Assembly (NCBI GenBank): GCA_965205485.1
Contig: OZ242180.1
Coordinates: 4,416,001-4,480,000, forward strand
From: Candidatus Latescibacterota bacterium
GTDB taxonomy: Bacteria; Latescibacterota; UBA2968; GCA-2709665
Direction of reading: 5' to 3'
DNA length: 64,000 nucleotides
This document shows, in pieces, positions 50,220 through 59,962 of the stretch. Both the position numbers and the translations under genes were made by a program. The notes beneath the pieces are model-generated. The model saw only the letters and a list, made by a program, of their open reading frames with translations. It was not told the DNA's origin and did no database searches. Numbering within the stretch: position 1 is the stretch's first letter; each line of letters opens with the position of its first letter.

Positions 50220-51365
50220 TCAGGACAGCCACGACTTGGCAAACACGAGCGCCGCCGGAATGCCGAAGAACGCAAACACGATATACATGATGGCCAGCCA
50301 CTTCCGTTCGCTGCCCAGGCGCGCAAGCCACTCGGCGCCCACGATCGGAATATCCCGGAGCCAGGGGATGCCATAGATCACGATGACACCCACCAGGTTG
50401 TACAGAAAATGCGCGATCGCGATCTGGTGCGCAACGGCGTGGGTGGGTCCCGTGATCGCGGTTGCGGCGAGAAGCGCGGTAATGGTCGTCCCGATATTTG
50501 CGCCGAGCGTGAACGGGTAGACCTGACGAAGCCGGATCACACCCGACCCCGCCAGAGGCACGATGAGGCTTGTGGTTGTCGAGGACGACTGCACCAGCAC
50601 GGTAACCAGCGTTCCGGAGCATATGCCGGTAACCGGACCCCTTCCGACTGCCGCGTGCAGGAATCTCTGCGCCTTGCCCACGAACACGCTCTTCAGCGCC
50701 TTGCCCAGGTACATGATCGACACCAGAATAAGCGTGATCCCCAGAATGATCAGAACCAGTCCCGCCCAGACGTCGGGGAGCCAGGAGACCATTGACTCGA
50801 CAAGCCCGGTACCGAAGCCGATGACAATCTTGAAGATGCCCTTCCCGCCCGCATCGACCGTCCCGATGTTCTCGACGATATGGGTCAACTCGCCGCTCAG
50901 CTTGTCGATAAAGCCGAATGCGAGTTCCAATGGCAGGAAGATCACGATGCTCAGAACGTTGAAGAAATCGTGCACCGTGGCGGCGGCGAATGCTTTCCTG
51001 AATTCGTCACCGCGGCCCACGTGCCCGAAGCTGACGATCGTATTGGTGATCGTCGTCCCCACATTGGCGCCCATGACCATCGGTATCGCAACGGCGATGG
51101 GCATTCCTCCGGCGACAAGACCGACGATGATGGAGGTCACCGTGCTGGAAGACTGAAGCAACGCCGTTGCCAGTATACCCAGCACCAGTCCGACGAACGG
51201 GTTCGTCCCAAGTGCGAACAGGGATGCGACGCCCTCCTTGCCGAACTCCAGGCGAAAGCCCTTGCCGATCACGCCGACGGCGACCAGCAGCACGTAGATG
51301 CACAGGATGACGACGAACCAGCGCACGTACTCTGACTGGAAGGCCATCCTTTTTCCCTGCGCCAT
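50220..51365 (-). CDS. Na+/phosphate symporter (NptA/SLC34 family)
   Basis: Two QSSS motifs and two GAN(V/I)GTTIT motifs. Confidence 0.93.
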   Translation of the reverse strand: MAQGKRMAFQSEYVRWFVVILCIYVLLVAVGVIGKGFRLEFGKEGVASLFALGTNPFVGLVLGILATALLQSSSTVTSIIVGLVAGGMPIAVAIPMVMGANVGTTITNTIVSFGHVGRGDEFRKAFAAATVHDFFNVLSIVIFLPLELAFGFIDKLSGELTHIVENIGTVDAGGKGIFKIVIGFGTGLVESMVSWLPDVWAGLVLIILGITLILVSIMYLGKALKSVFVGKAQRFLHAAVGRGPVTGICSGTLVTVLVQSSSTTTSLIVPLAGSGVIRLRQVYPFTLGANIGTTITALLAATAITGPTHAVAHQIAIAHFLYNLVGVIVIYGIPWLRDIPIVGAEWLARLGSERKWLAIMYIVFAFFGIPAALVFAKSWLS

Positions 51366-51426
51366 ATCCGACTCCTCCCGTGCGCCGGTTGCCGCACCGC
51401 GTGTATGCAGGATTTCCCGCCGTTCC

Positions 51427-52245
51427 TTAGAATTGCCCGCGGCGGAATGCGTATCTGAGTTCGCCGGTCAACAGGCTGCGTTGTTCGGGCGTCACCCGTT
51501 CCAGCAGATCGGCCGGCGGGTCGTAGCGATTCCAGGTCTGCATGAACGGCGCCGTGTATCCGTAGACCAGCGAATAGCGAGGCCTTGCGCCGGCTTTCAA
51601 TCTGGGACCGGCGTGGATCAGCGTTTCTGTCAGGATGAGTACGTCTCCGGCCCGGGATTCGAGCTGCCGCGCCACGGTACCGTCCATGAATTCGCGTAGC
51701 GTTCCCGTGGGCATGTCCATCCGATGGCTTCCCGGAACCACCCACGTGCCCTCCCCGGGACCGTTGTCGGTCAGGTAGATGAAGGCTTTGGTGAACATAC
51801 AGTGATAATGCCCGTTCGCTTCGAAGCTCCCGAAGTTCGGCGCGATGCCCCTGTGCCATCCCTCATCTGCCACACGGCATTCGTGAAATTCTTTATCCTT
51901 TTCCGGCCCAATGGGATAGTTGATAAGATACTGATGCTCCTCCAGGCGCACGTCACCCCCCACCACGTCCTGCATGATTGGAAACAGGACCGGATGCATC
52001 GCCGTTTCCAGCAGATGCGGATGATACCATGCGCATCGTGACAGTATCGTCAGCGCCGGCGTCTTCGGATACCCGTCGTGCTTGTACGCGCAGCCGTCGT
52101 CAGCGTCCATCCGGTCCGCGAGATCGATCAGGCGCCTGCATTCCGCCGGACTGAAAATCCCCTCGACCAGGACGTAGCCGTTGACGTCGAAGAAATAACG
52201 TTCCGCCCGCGTCAGTCCTGTGCTTTCCCTCGTTGCGGTTTCCAA
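51427..52245 (-). CDS. Phytanoyl-CoA dioxygenase-like protein
   Basis: FFDVNGY, TWVVPGSH, AGDV..E.LIH; HxD replaced by WHRG; start uncertain. Confidence 0.8.
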   Translation of the reverse strand: METATRESTGLTRAERYFFDVNGYVLVEGIFSPAECRRLIDLADRMDADDGCAYKHDGYPKTPALTILSRCAWYHPHLLETAMHPVLFPIMQDVVGGDVRLEEHQYLINYPIGPEKDKEFHECRVADEGWHRGIAPNFGSFEANGHYHCMFTKAFIYLTDNGPGEGTWVVPGSHRMDMPTGTLREFMDGTVARQLESRAGDVLILTETLIHAGPRLKAGARPRYSLVYGYTAPFMQTWNRYDPPADLLERVTPEQRSLLTGELRYAFRRGQF

Positions 52246-52493
52246 TTCGATATGTCTCCCAAAGGGTCCTGAACGATCGATGCGGCGTCGAAGACCGGAC
52301 ATGGACGGACACAAATCAGCTGAGTTGACCCGCTAACAACTATTGTAACAAGAAATGTGAGTTTTCGACAGATGCGGCACGGTCGATAATTTGATATGAA
52401 GAGCGAAAATCAGGATTATCTTTCCGTACACGGGACATCGGCTTCAGAATTTACGAGTCCGCTCACTACATTGCAACGTCGGGGAATTTACAT

Positions 52494-53750
52494 ATGGCCG
52501 GAAGAAAGAGCAAACAGCGTATTCGGGTCGGAGTTGTCGGCGTCGGCCGGGGCCGCTCCTTTACCCGTGCGGCCGGAGCGACGGGCATGGATCTTGTCGC
52601 AATTTGCGACACCTGGGAGGAACGACTCCTTGCAGAGGGCGAAGCGTTGAATGTACAGACCTTCGTCGACTACGACGAATTCCTGGGCTGCGACATGGAC
52701 GCGGTGGTGCTGGCGAACTATTTCCACGAGCACGCGCCGTTTGCCATAAAGGCGCTCAACGCGGGCAAGCACGTGATGAGCGAAACCGCCGCATGCCATA
52801 CGCTGGGCGAAGGCGTGGCCCTGGCGCGGGCGGTTGAAAAAAGCGGCAGGACCTACATGTTCGCCGAGAATTACCCCTACATGGTCTACAACCAGGAGAT
52901 GAGGCGGCTCTATCAAAATGGACGCGTGGGCGAGTTCAAATACGGAGAGGGGGAATACGTCCACCCGGACCCGCCGGAGGTGAAGCTGGCCCGAAGCTGC
53001 GGGCGAAATCATTGGCGCAACTGGATTCCCGCCACGTACTACTGCACCCACTCCATCGCACCGGTGATGTATATCACCGACACCAGGCCCACGAAGGTGA
53101 ACGGCTTCGTCATCCCATTCGATTCTGCCGATCCGGCCCAGACGCTGCACGTGAGGCGTTCGGACACGGCCGCGGTGATCATCTGCAGGATGGACAACGA
53201 CGCGATCATGAAATCCCTGCACGGGGGGCTGCGTGGTCACGGCAACTACGTACGCATCCACGGCAACAGGGGCGTGATGGAAAACTGCCGCCACGGCGAC
53301 AAACAGCGGCTGCGCGTCTGGTACGAACCCTGGGAAAAACGCAAGAGTGATCCGGTCGAAACGGTCTACAAGCCCGACTTCCCTGTCCATCACAACCGGG
53401 CGACCCGCACCGGCCACGGCGGCGGGGACTTCTTCACGACCCATCACTTTGCCGAGGCGATCCGCAAGGGAGAGCAGCCGTATCTCGACGTCTACCGCGG
53501 CCTGGACATGAGCATCGCGGGCATCCAGGCGTGGCGGTCTGCGCTAAACGAATCGGCTTCGATGGAAGTGCCCGATTTCCGCGACGAATCCGTACGCAGG
53601 CAATACGAAAACGACGACTGGTCGCCCGACCCCGCGCGCAAGAAAGACGGACAGCCGCCCTCCAGCATCCTCGGCGACATCGAACCGTCCGACGAGGCGA
53701 AAGAGCTGGCCGGAAAGGTCTGGGCGTCAACGGGATACACGGGGGAGTGA
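52494..53750 (+). CDS. Gfo/Idh/MocA oxidoreductase
   Basis: GVVGVGRG, GKHVMSE, AENY, YYCTH, GHGGGD. Confidence 0.9.
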   Translation: MAGRKSKQRIRVGVVGVGRGRSFTRAAGATGMDLVAICDTWEERLLAEGEALNVQTFVDYDEFLGCDMDAVVLANYFHEHAPFAIKALNAGKHVMSETAACHTLGEGVALARAVEKSGRTYMFAENYPYMVYNQEMRRLYQNGRVGEFKYGEGEYVHPDPPEVKLARSCGRNHWRNWIPATYYCTHSIAPVMYITDTRPTKVNGFVIPFDSADPAQTLHVRRSDTAAVIICRMDNDAIMKSLHGGLRGHGNYVRIHGNRGVMENCRHGDKQRLRVWYEPWEKRKSDPVETVYKPDFPVHHNRATRTGHGGGDFFTTHHFAEAIRKGEQPYLDVYRGLDMSIAGIQAWRSALNESASMEVPDFRDESVRRQYENDDWSPDPARKKDGQPPSSILGDIEPSDEAKELAGKVWASTGYTGE

Positions 53751-53831
53751 AGTCGAACAGCGGCTATCGGAACCGGACGCGAGCGACCTGCGACCGACGT
53801 CAACCTGTCCGCTATCACGACCTTATCCACC

Positions 53832-53992
53832 AGTATCCGGAGCGAGGGCATCCTGCCCTCGAACTTCGTGTGACCCATCGATACCCGAATGAAGGGCCTA
53901 TTGTTTCCTTTGCATCCGAATTCATATTGAAAATGACGGTGCCAAGGCCTCGCGAATGAGCCGTCGAGGGCAGGATGCCCTCGCTCCCGGGA
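53832..53992. repeat. REPIN-like element copy A (inverted REP doublet GGAGCGAGGGCATCCTGCCCTCG)
   Basis: Inverted REP arms at 53839-53861 and 53965-53989; spacer homologous to copy B. Confidence 0.8.
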
Positions 53993-54089
53993 ACGCCAAT
54001 TGTAACAACTGCCCCGATGCCAATTTTCCGGCTCGGTACAGAACCCCGCCTCTATCGGGTTCCAACGGAAGCGTCGGTTACCGTCGCCA

Positions 54090-54590
54090 TCAGCGTCGGC
54101 CCTCCTCTTTCCACCGGCGAATTTCCTCTTGCGTCACCGGCTGCATTTCCCGCCGACGTTCACTCGATGTTTTGAGGGCTTGCCTCCAGAGCAACGCGCC
54201 GAACGTCGTGTATTCGTCGGAAAACTCCGACTGAATGATTCGCGTGTACTTCCAGGGCTTTCCGGTGGCTTCGCTTAACCGCTTGCACCACTCCCGCGCA
54301 ACCATATCCTTATCGTCAGTCCTCACCCAGACTCGGACTCCGGTTTCCACGACCCTGTTTACCTCGCCGCCATCTGTAACCTGAACGACGACCCAGTCCG
54401 GGCAATAGAATCCGATCTCGCCGCTTCGTTTCAGATAATCGATGCGTAACGTCGTCGCAGAGTCGCCCTGCTCTGTCGTGCGGAGGGCCGCAAAAAGGGC
54501 GATGTCTTCGGCGCGTTCTAGAAACGCCGCAAAACTGCGCTCAAAATCGTTATAGGTGGCCACGAAGTTGAAGATCGTCTTCACCGCTTT
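54090..54590 (-). pseudogene. C-terminal remnant of a type III restriction endonuclease-like gene
   Basis: TIFN..YNDFERSFAAFL, IDY, FYCPDWVV, VVETG (PD..ExK lacking Lys), W..WKY; no helicase part. Confidence 0.6.
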
Positions 54591-54607
54591 CAATGAGAGT
54601 TTCTGAT

Positions 54608-54699
54608 GCCCCCACCATCCTTGACGACATCGAACCGTTGGATGAAGCGAAGAAACTGACCAAAACGGTCTGGGCGTCACAGGGGTACACAGGGTATGA
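54608..54699 (+). pseudogene. Decayed duplicate of the 3' end of the 52494-53750 gene
   Basis: PTILDDIEPLDEAKKLTKTVWASQGYTG versus SSILGDIEPSDEAKELAGKVWASTGYTG; 65 of 84 nt identical by hand count. Confidence 0.85.
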
Positions 54700-54837
54700 C
54701 GTCGACCTTGGGGCACACCACACAACCGCGACACTGAATAAGATAAGTTATCGATCCGTTTCACCGCGCGCCGTCCGGATGCAGTTCACGTGCCTTAAGG
54801 CGTTACTGATGAACTGTCAGTTGCGTGAACAGGTGCG

Positions 54838-55608
54838 CTACTCGGGCCGCTTGAAAAGGGAAATTCGGTTGCCTGCGATATCGTTAAAGATCGCGAGCGA
54901 ACCGAAGCCGCCGGGAATCTCGTTTGGTTGCATCACGGCCGTTGCGCCAAGGCTCACCGCCTTGTCTAGATACGCTTGCAAATCGTCAACCATTACAGCA
55001 ACCGAAGGGGCGTTGGGGGGCATTCCATCCATGTGCTGGAATATCCCGCCGCCAATACCTTCCGGCTCTTGTTCTACGAGGCGGTAGTTCATCTCTTCCA
55101 TAAGCACGGTCTTCCAGCCGAACATCTCAATGTAGAAGACGTCAAGCGCTTCCGAGTCGCTTCCACCGACCTCGAAATGCACGACTGGTGGGGCATTGCC
55201 CTTCGGCGGCATCTCGCCGTCCCATTCGGCGGGCAGCGAGTACAGTCCAATGGTGTTGTGGGCGGGGTCTGTGAACATGGCAAAGGAACCCATGCCCGGC
55301 GCAATCTCAATCGGCGGCATCACCGTGGCTCCACCCATCCCGGAAAGCTTGTCGAGGGCTGCCTGGAGGTCGCCGACCTGAATGTAGAAGGTCACATAGT
55401 TGCTGGCAGGCATATCCTCGGTGGTTTCCATGATACCGCCGCCGATGCCCCCTTCGTTGGTCTGCACCAGACCGTAGTTGCCCATCTCCTCGCCCTGCGT
55501 CTGCACGTTCCATCCGAAGAGGTCTCGGTAGAACTGCTGCAAGGCGGGGCCATCGGGGCCCGCGATCTCAAAGTGGACTACCGGATTTCCCATTGTTCCT
55601 CCTGACAT
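54838..55608 (-). CDS. Two-domain VOC/glyoxalase family protein
   Basis: Duplicated PVVHFE..FY..FGW..GIGGGI..D..N.I modules; real start may be the second Met. Confidence 0.9.
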   Translation of the reverse strand: MSGGTMGNPVVHFEIAGPDGPALQQFYRDLFGWNVQTQGEEMGNYGLVQTNEGGIGGGIMETTEDMPASNYVTFYIQVGDLQAALDKLSGMGGATVMPPIEIAPGMGSFAMFTDPAHNTIGLYSLPAEWDGEMPPKGNAPPVVHFEVGGSDSEALDVFYIEMFGWKTVLMEEMNYRLVEQEPEGIGGGIFQHMDGMPPNAPSVAVMVDDLQAYLDKAVSLGATAVMQPNEIPGGFGSLAIFNDIAGNRISLFKRPE

Positions 55609-55655
55609 TTGTTGAAATCCCCCCGCCGCATCAGCCGTCGCCGGCCCTACGACAA

Positions 55656-55730
55656 CCCTTCGACAGGCTCAGGACAGCGGCTCAGGGAGCGCCTCGGCTT
55701 CTGCGACTCCCCCTCAAGGGGGGAGTGATT
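55656..55730. repeat. Composite REP-like element (CCCTTCGACAGGCTCAGG plus ACTCCCCCTCAAGGGGGGAGT hairpin)
   Basis: Shares cccttcgacaRgctcagg..agcggctcagg with 61047-61076. Confidence 0.7.
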
Positions 55731-55799
55731 GGTCCATCGAACGGGCGCGCGCGTTCTCTGCTACCTATTTGTTTGCGGCCGCCAAATGTCTCCCCTCCC

Positions 55800-57257
55800 T
55801 CACATCGGCCCGATGCGATCTGGACCGCGGTCCATGGCGAGCATGGACGCGTCGAAGCTGCGCTGCATGAGGTCGAGTCTGACGCCAGCGTGACCGGGGC
55901 TGTCCCAGAGATTGTCAAACTCCCCCGGGTCCTCCTCGAGGTCATACAGTTCGCCCAGGCCGTGCCCGTGGTAGACGACGAGCTTGTAACGGCGGTCGCG
56001 GTACATGGTGGCGAACGTCCCGTCGGCCTGGTCCAAGGCGTCGTAGAACTCGCAGCGTACGAATTCGCGATGTTCGTCGGCCGGTTTCTCCCCGCTGAGC
56101 ATCGACGCCAGCGAACGCGCCTGCATCCGCTCGGGAACCGGCAGCCCCGCCAGTTCCAGCAGCAGCGGGGCGATGTCGCGCAGTTCCACCAGCGCGTCGC
56201 TTCTCTGTCCGGACTTCACGTGTCTGGGCCACGAGAAGATCAGCGGCACCCTCACCAGCCCTTCGTAGAATCGGCATCCCTTCTGAATCAGCCCGTGGTC
56301 TCCCAGCATCTCGCCGTGATCGCTGGTGAAGATTACGAGCGTATTCTCGCGCTGTCCCGTCGCTTGCAGGGCGGCCATGATCCGGCCGACCTGATCGTCG
56401 ATCAGCTTGATCATGGCATAATACGCGGCGATCAGCGTCTTCGCATCCCGTTTGCCGCCGGTTTCCGGCTCCGCCAGCCCGCGGGTCTGCGTCCAGGGGA
56501 TCACCGGGCTCTTGATATCCAGGTCACGCGGATGCCGCCCTTTGGACTGGAAGTCGATGGATTCGAGCGCCTTCTGCTGCGCCAGATCGCTTTCCCGAAA
56601 CAACGGTCCGCCTACCTGTTCGGGATCGAACAGGTCGCGGTACGTGCGTGGCGGATTGAACGGCGGATGCGGGTCGTAGATATTCACTGAGGCCAGCCAT
56701 GGGCCGTCATGCGCTTCGCTCAGGAAGTCTATTGTCTTTTCCGCACACCAGGTGGTCTGGTGCAGATCCGCCGGCACGCCGTCAAGACGCTTCGTCAACT
56801 CACCAAGCATTTCCCCCTTCGACCGCACCCAATCGGCGTAGTCGTGTCCGGTCTCCCAGTCATCCCGCGGCGCGTGGCTGTATTGCCAGTACCTGTACCC
56901 GTCGTCGACCCGCTCTTCCACGCGACCGAACGCGCTGGACAGATGCAACTTGCCGATCAGGCCGCAATCGTATCCGCTGTCGGCGAGCAGCTTCGTGACG
57001 AGCGGGGGCGTATCCGGAAAGTGTGAATTGCCGTTGCCGTTCACGTGGACGGCGCTCGCATATTGTCCTGTCAGGAAACTCGCGCGGCTCGGCGTGCAGA
57101 TCGGACTCTGGCAATAAGCGTGCGTAAACGCGAATCCTTCGGCGACCAGCCGGTCGATATTGGGCGTGTCCACGTGGGGATTCCCCAACGCACCGATGGT
57201 ATCGTACCGCTGTTGGTCGGTACAGATCCAGAGAATATTCGGTCTTGAACCTCTCAT
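55800..57257 (-). CDS. Formylglycine-dependent sulfatase
   Basis: PNILWICTDQ, CTPSRAS, GKLH, FTSDHG, ELYDL. Confidence 0.95.
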   Translation of the reverse strand: MRGSRPNILWICTDQQRYDTIGALGNPHVDTPNIDRLVAEGFAFTHAYCQSPICTPSRASFLTGQYASAVHVNGNGNSHFPDTPPLVTKLLADSGYDCGLIGKLHLSSAFGRVEERVDDGYRYWQYSHAPRDDWETGHDYADWVRSKGEMLGELTKRLDGVPADLHQTTWCAEKTIDFLSEAHDGPWLASVNIYDPHPPFNPPRTYRDLFDPEQVGGPLFRESDLAQQKALESIDFQSKGRHPRDLDIKSPVIPWTQTRGLAEPETGGKRDAKTLIAAYYAMIKLIDDQVGRIMAALQATGQRENTLVIFTSDHGEMLGDHGLIQKGCRFYEGLVRVPLIFSWPRHVKSGQRSDALVELRDIAPLLLELAGLPVPERMQARSLASMLSGEKPADEHREFVRCEFYDALDQADGTFATMYRDRRYKLVVYHGHGLGELYDLEEDPGEFDNLWDSPGHAGVRLDLMQRSFDASMLAMDRGPDRIGPM

Positions 57258-57288
57258 TCATGCTCCCCAGGTTCGATGAAGCGATCGG

Positions 57289-58155
57289 TCAGGCGACGCC
57301 CCCGTCCACGAGCCTCACACCCTCCCTCATCCATCCGCTGAGGCAGGTGACGTCGTTTACGGCGCGTATGGCGATGTTTCGTGACGCCTCGTGGAGATCG
57401 AGCCTGCGGACGATGATCTCGTCCGAGAACATGCCGGCTTCCGCCATCACGTTCCCGTCCGGATGGATGATCTTCGATTCGCCGTGCGACGACCCCGCGC
57501 GGTCGATATCCGTCGGGTCGGCGGGCGCGTTGGCCATGACCACGTAAATGCCGTTTTCGGTCGCGCGGCTGATAGGCATCGCCCGGTAGGCCGACAGTTT
57601 ATGCTCAAGAGTGACGGAGCTCTCGCAACTGCAGAAAAAGCAGACCTGCGCGCCGGCCGCCGCGGGCAGCCGCACGAGTTCGGGATAGCGGATATCGTGA
57701 CAGATGAGGAAACAACACGGTACGCCGCACAGGCTGTAGACTGGCAGGTGCTGGGACGGCTCGAACCAGTGCTCGCCGGCGAGATGGATCTTGCCGTAAC
57801 GGCCGCGAACCGTGCCGTCTCGGTCCACAACGAGCAAGCTGTTGAATTGGCGTCCGTCTTCCTGATGGGTTGAACCGACGACGGCCGCGATGCCTGTTTC
57901 CCTGCATGCCCGGACAATCTGCCGTTCTGCATCTTCGATGCGGGATCGATCCAGGTTTGCCCAGAAATCCGGATGGTCGCAATAGCCGAACAGAACGCCC
58001 TCGTGGAACGCGGCCACGTCGACCTTCTCACGGGCGCACGCGTTCAACCGCTCGACGATCCCGCGCGTATTTTTCTCGATGTCGTCGTCCGCGTGCATCT
58101 GAACCGCGGCCACGCGCAACCACCTCCGGGGCATGACGACCTCCTCGATAGTCAC
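57289..58155 (-). CDS. Carbon-nitrogen hydrolase (nitrilase superfamily)
   Basis: E-K-C triad: FHEG, YGKIHL, ICHDIRYPE; SRATEN. Confidence 0.92.
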   Translation of the reverse strand: MTIEEVVMPRRWLRVAAVQMHADDDIEKNTRGIVERLNACAREKVDVAAFHEGVLFGYCDHPDFWANLDRSRIEDAERQIVRACRETGIAAVVGSTHQEDGRQFNSLLVVDRDGTVRGRYGKIHLAGEHWFEPSQHLPVYSLCGVPCCFLICHDIRYPELVRLPAAAGAQVCFFCSCESSVTLEHKLSAYRAMPISRATENGIYVVMANAPADPTDIDRAGSSHGESKIIHPDGNVMAEAGMFSDEIIVRRLDLHEASRNIAIRAVNDVTCLSGWMREGVRLVDGGVA

Positions 58156-58261
58156 CGTTTCAAGGATAACAGTGAATCACTGCTGTCCAGGATAATTGTG
58201 AAGGCGGGGTTGTGCACCGAACCTGAAGAAGTGCAATGGAGCAGTTGTGCCAATCGGCGCG

Positions 58262-58421
58262 CCTGGGAGCGAGGGCATCCTGCCCTCGACGGCCAATTCG
58301 CGAAGCTCTGGCACCGTCATTTTGAGTATGGTTTCGGATGCAAAGGAGTCAATAAGCCATTGACTTGGGTATTGATGGGTTACACGAAGTTCAAGGACAG
58401 GATGCCCTCGCTCCGGATACT
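58262..58421. repeat. REPIN-like element copy B (inverted relative to copy A)
   Basis: Colinear with the reverse complement of 53832-53992; about 20 substitutions over about 134 nt. Confidence 0.8.
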
Positions 58422-58540
58422 AAAGGAATATAACATGCGACAGGAATGTACGCGAGACGCAAGAAAGCAGGCAACGTGACATAAACGGCGGCGCAGCCTC
58501 AGATTGAAAGACGTGCGACGCAACCTGGAAGCGCGCCGGG

Positions 58541-59941
58541 TCACCCGCGGCGCGCGGACCCGGGGGGCGCCTGATAGAAGGCCATGCTGGCGTAGCTGAC
58601 CAGCGAACCGGTATCGTCCTGGCGGTTCTGCCCGTAGCTGAGCAGGTCGCCGCGGCATTCGGCGCCGGCCAGAAGCGTATGAAGCGAGAACAGACCGGAG
58701 ACGCCGTCCACGTTGCGCGCGTTGCCGTCTGCCTTCAACGTGCGGAAGAACCCCGCCGCATCGAATCGTTGGACGTACCCCAGCAAGTCACGGTCGGTCG
58801 ACTCGCAGGCGGCCGCCGCCGCATCGTCGACCCGGTCGGCATGGCCGAATTTGGGGCCGATATGCGACAGGTCCACACTGAGCAGGTACAGGGAACGCTT
58901 TCCACTCGCAGATACCGCATTACGCAGCGCTTCGAGTTCGTTGGCCACCTCTGGAGAATCCAGGGGATTCAGTCCCTCCTGCAGGCAGTGATCGACGCTT
59001 CCGAGCAGGACGGGAACCACCTGGAAAGGCGGCAGATCTGCCCGCGCCCGGATATACTGCAGAAACAGCAGCGCGAACTCGACCGAGTGCTCGGTCCGGT
59101 GAAGCCACTGCTGATTGGTGACGTCACGACCGGCGCGGTCGGACCAGTCCTCGACTACGTCCGAATCCGTTGGCACGCGACCGAACGGCGTTTCGTAGTG
59201 TTTGCGGGTCGCAATGGCAAAGCTCTCTCCCGGCTCCGTGCCGCCGTTGTGCGCCACGCCGAGTATGACGAAGAGTTCGCAGGAGTGCTCGCTGCCGGAG
59301 GCCGCGGCCAACGCATTGAAGGCGGGCGGATACGTCTCGCCGCCCGCGCGCAGATCGATGTGAGGGCACATGATGGCGGCAATCCGCGCATTCTGATCCC
59401 CGTTGCTGTCTCCACGTCGCGCCTTCACGGACGAAGCGGCGGTTTCAAAGAACCCGTCGAGCATCCCGGCGAGTTCTCCCGGGTCGTCCGGATAGGCAGA
59501 TCCCGCGTGCCAGGCCGGTCGAACTTCGGCGCGATCGAATTCGTCACGCACGCGGGCGATCCGGGCCGCGGCCACGGGGTCGTCCAGATAACAACCCTCG
59601 CTCAACTTGTTCAGCACGTGACGGACCTCGCCAACCCCCACCTCGCCACCCGGAAGCGCTTTTTGCAGGGATTCGAGAATCTGATCGATGGAGTGTCGGC
59701 CATCCAGATGCGACAGAACGAGCATTCCCGCCGGTCCGAGCAGCAACGGCTGCGGCGCGATCTCCAACGGATCCCGCACGTAGAACATGCGGCTGCCGCC
59801 CTGGTCGATCGGGATCACTTCGATGTTCCGCACACGGGGCAGCGGGGTATCGGTTGCGAATGACATCACGTGGTCCTCGAATTGCCTTGCCAATTGCGCC
59901 TCATTAATCGCTTCCATGGCAGAAAGACGCGGGCTCGCCAC
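58541..59941 (-). CDS. AmmeMemoRadiSam system protein B (MEMO1 family) with N-terminal extension
   Basis: VRPAWHAGSAYP, PHID, GVAH, EHSVEF, SVDLSH, VSYAS. Confidence 0.88.
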   Translation of the reverse strand: MASPRLSAMEAINEAQLARQFEDHVMSFATDTPLPRVRNIEVIPIDQGGSRMFYVRDPLEIAPQPLLLGPAGMLVLSHLDGRHSIDQILESLQKALPGGEVGVGEVRHVLNKLSEGCYLDDPVAAARIARVRDEFDRAEVRPAWHAGSAYPDDPGELAGMLDGFFETAASSVKARRGDSNGDQNARIAAIMCPHIDLRAGGETYPPAFNALAAASGSEHSCELFVILGVAHNGGTEPGESFAIATRKHYETPFGRVPTDSDVVEDWSDRAGRDVTNQQWLHRTEHSVEFALLFLQYIRARADLPPFQVVPVLLGSVDHCLQEGLNPLDSPEVANELEALRNAVSASGKRSLYLLSVDLSHIGPKFGHADRVDDAAAAACESTDRDLLGYVQRFDAAGFFRTLKADGNARNVDGVSGLFSLHTLLAGAECRGDLLSYGQNRQDDTGSLVSYASMAFYQAPPGSARRG

Positions 59942-59962
59942 ACCGCTTACTTCCCAAGGTGT

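Noticed and set aside
53658..54699. DGR template/variable repeat pair
   Set aside because: About half the differences are not at adenines of the putative template, the pattern fits GC-to-AT decay, and there is no RT
57973..58479. Peptide encoded by the REPIN spacer
   Set aside because: Differences between the two copies are mostly non-synonymous in this frame
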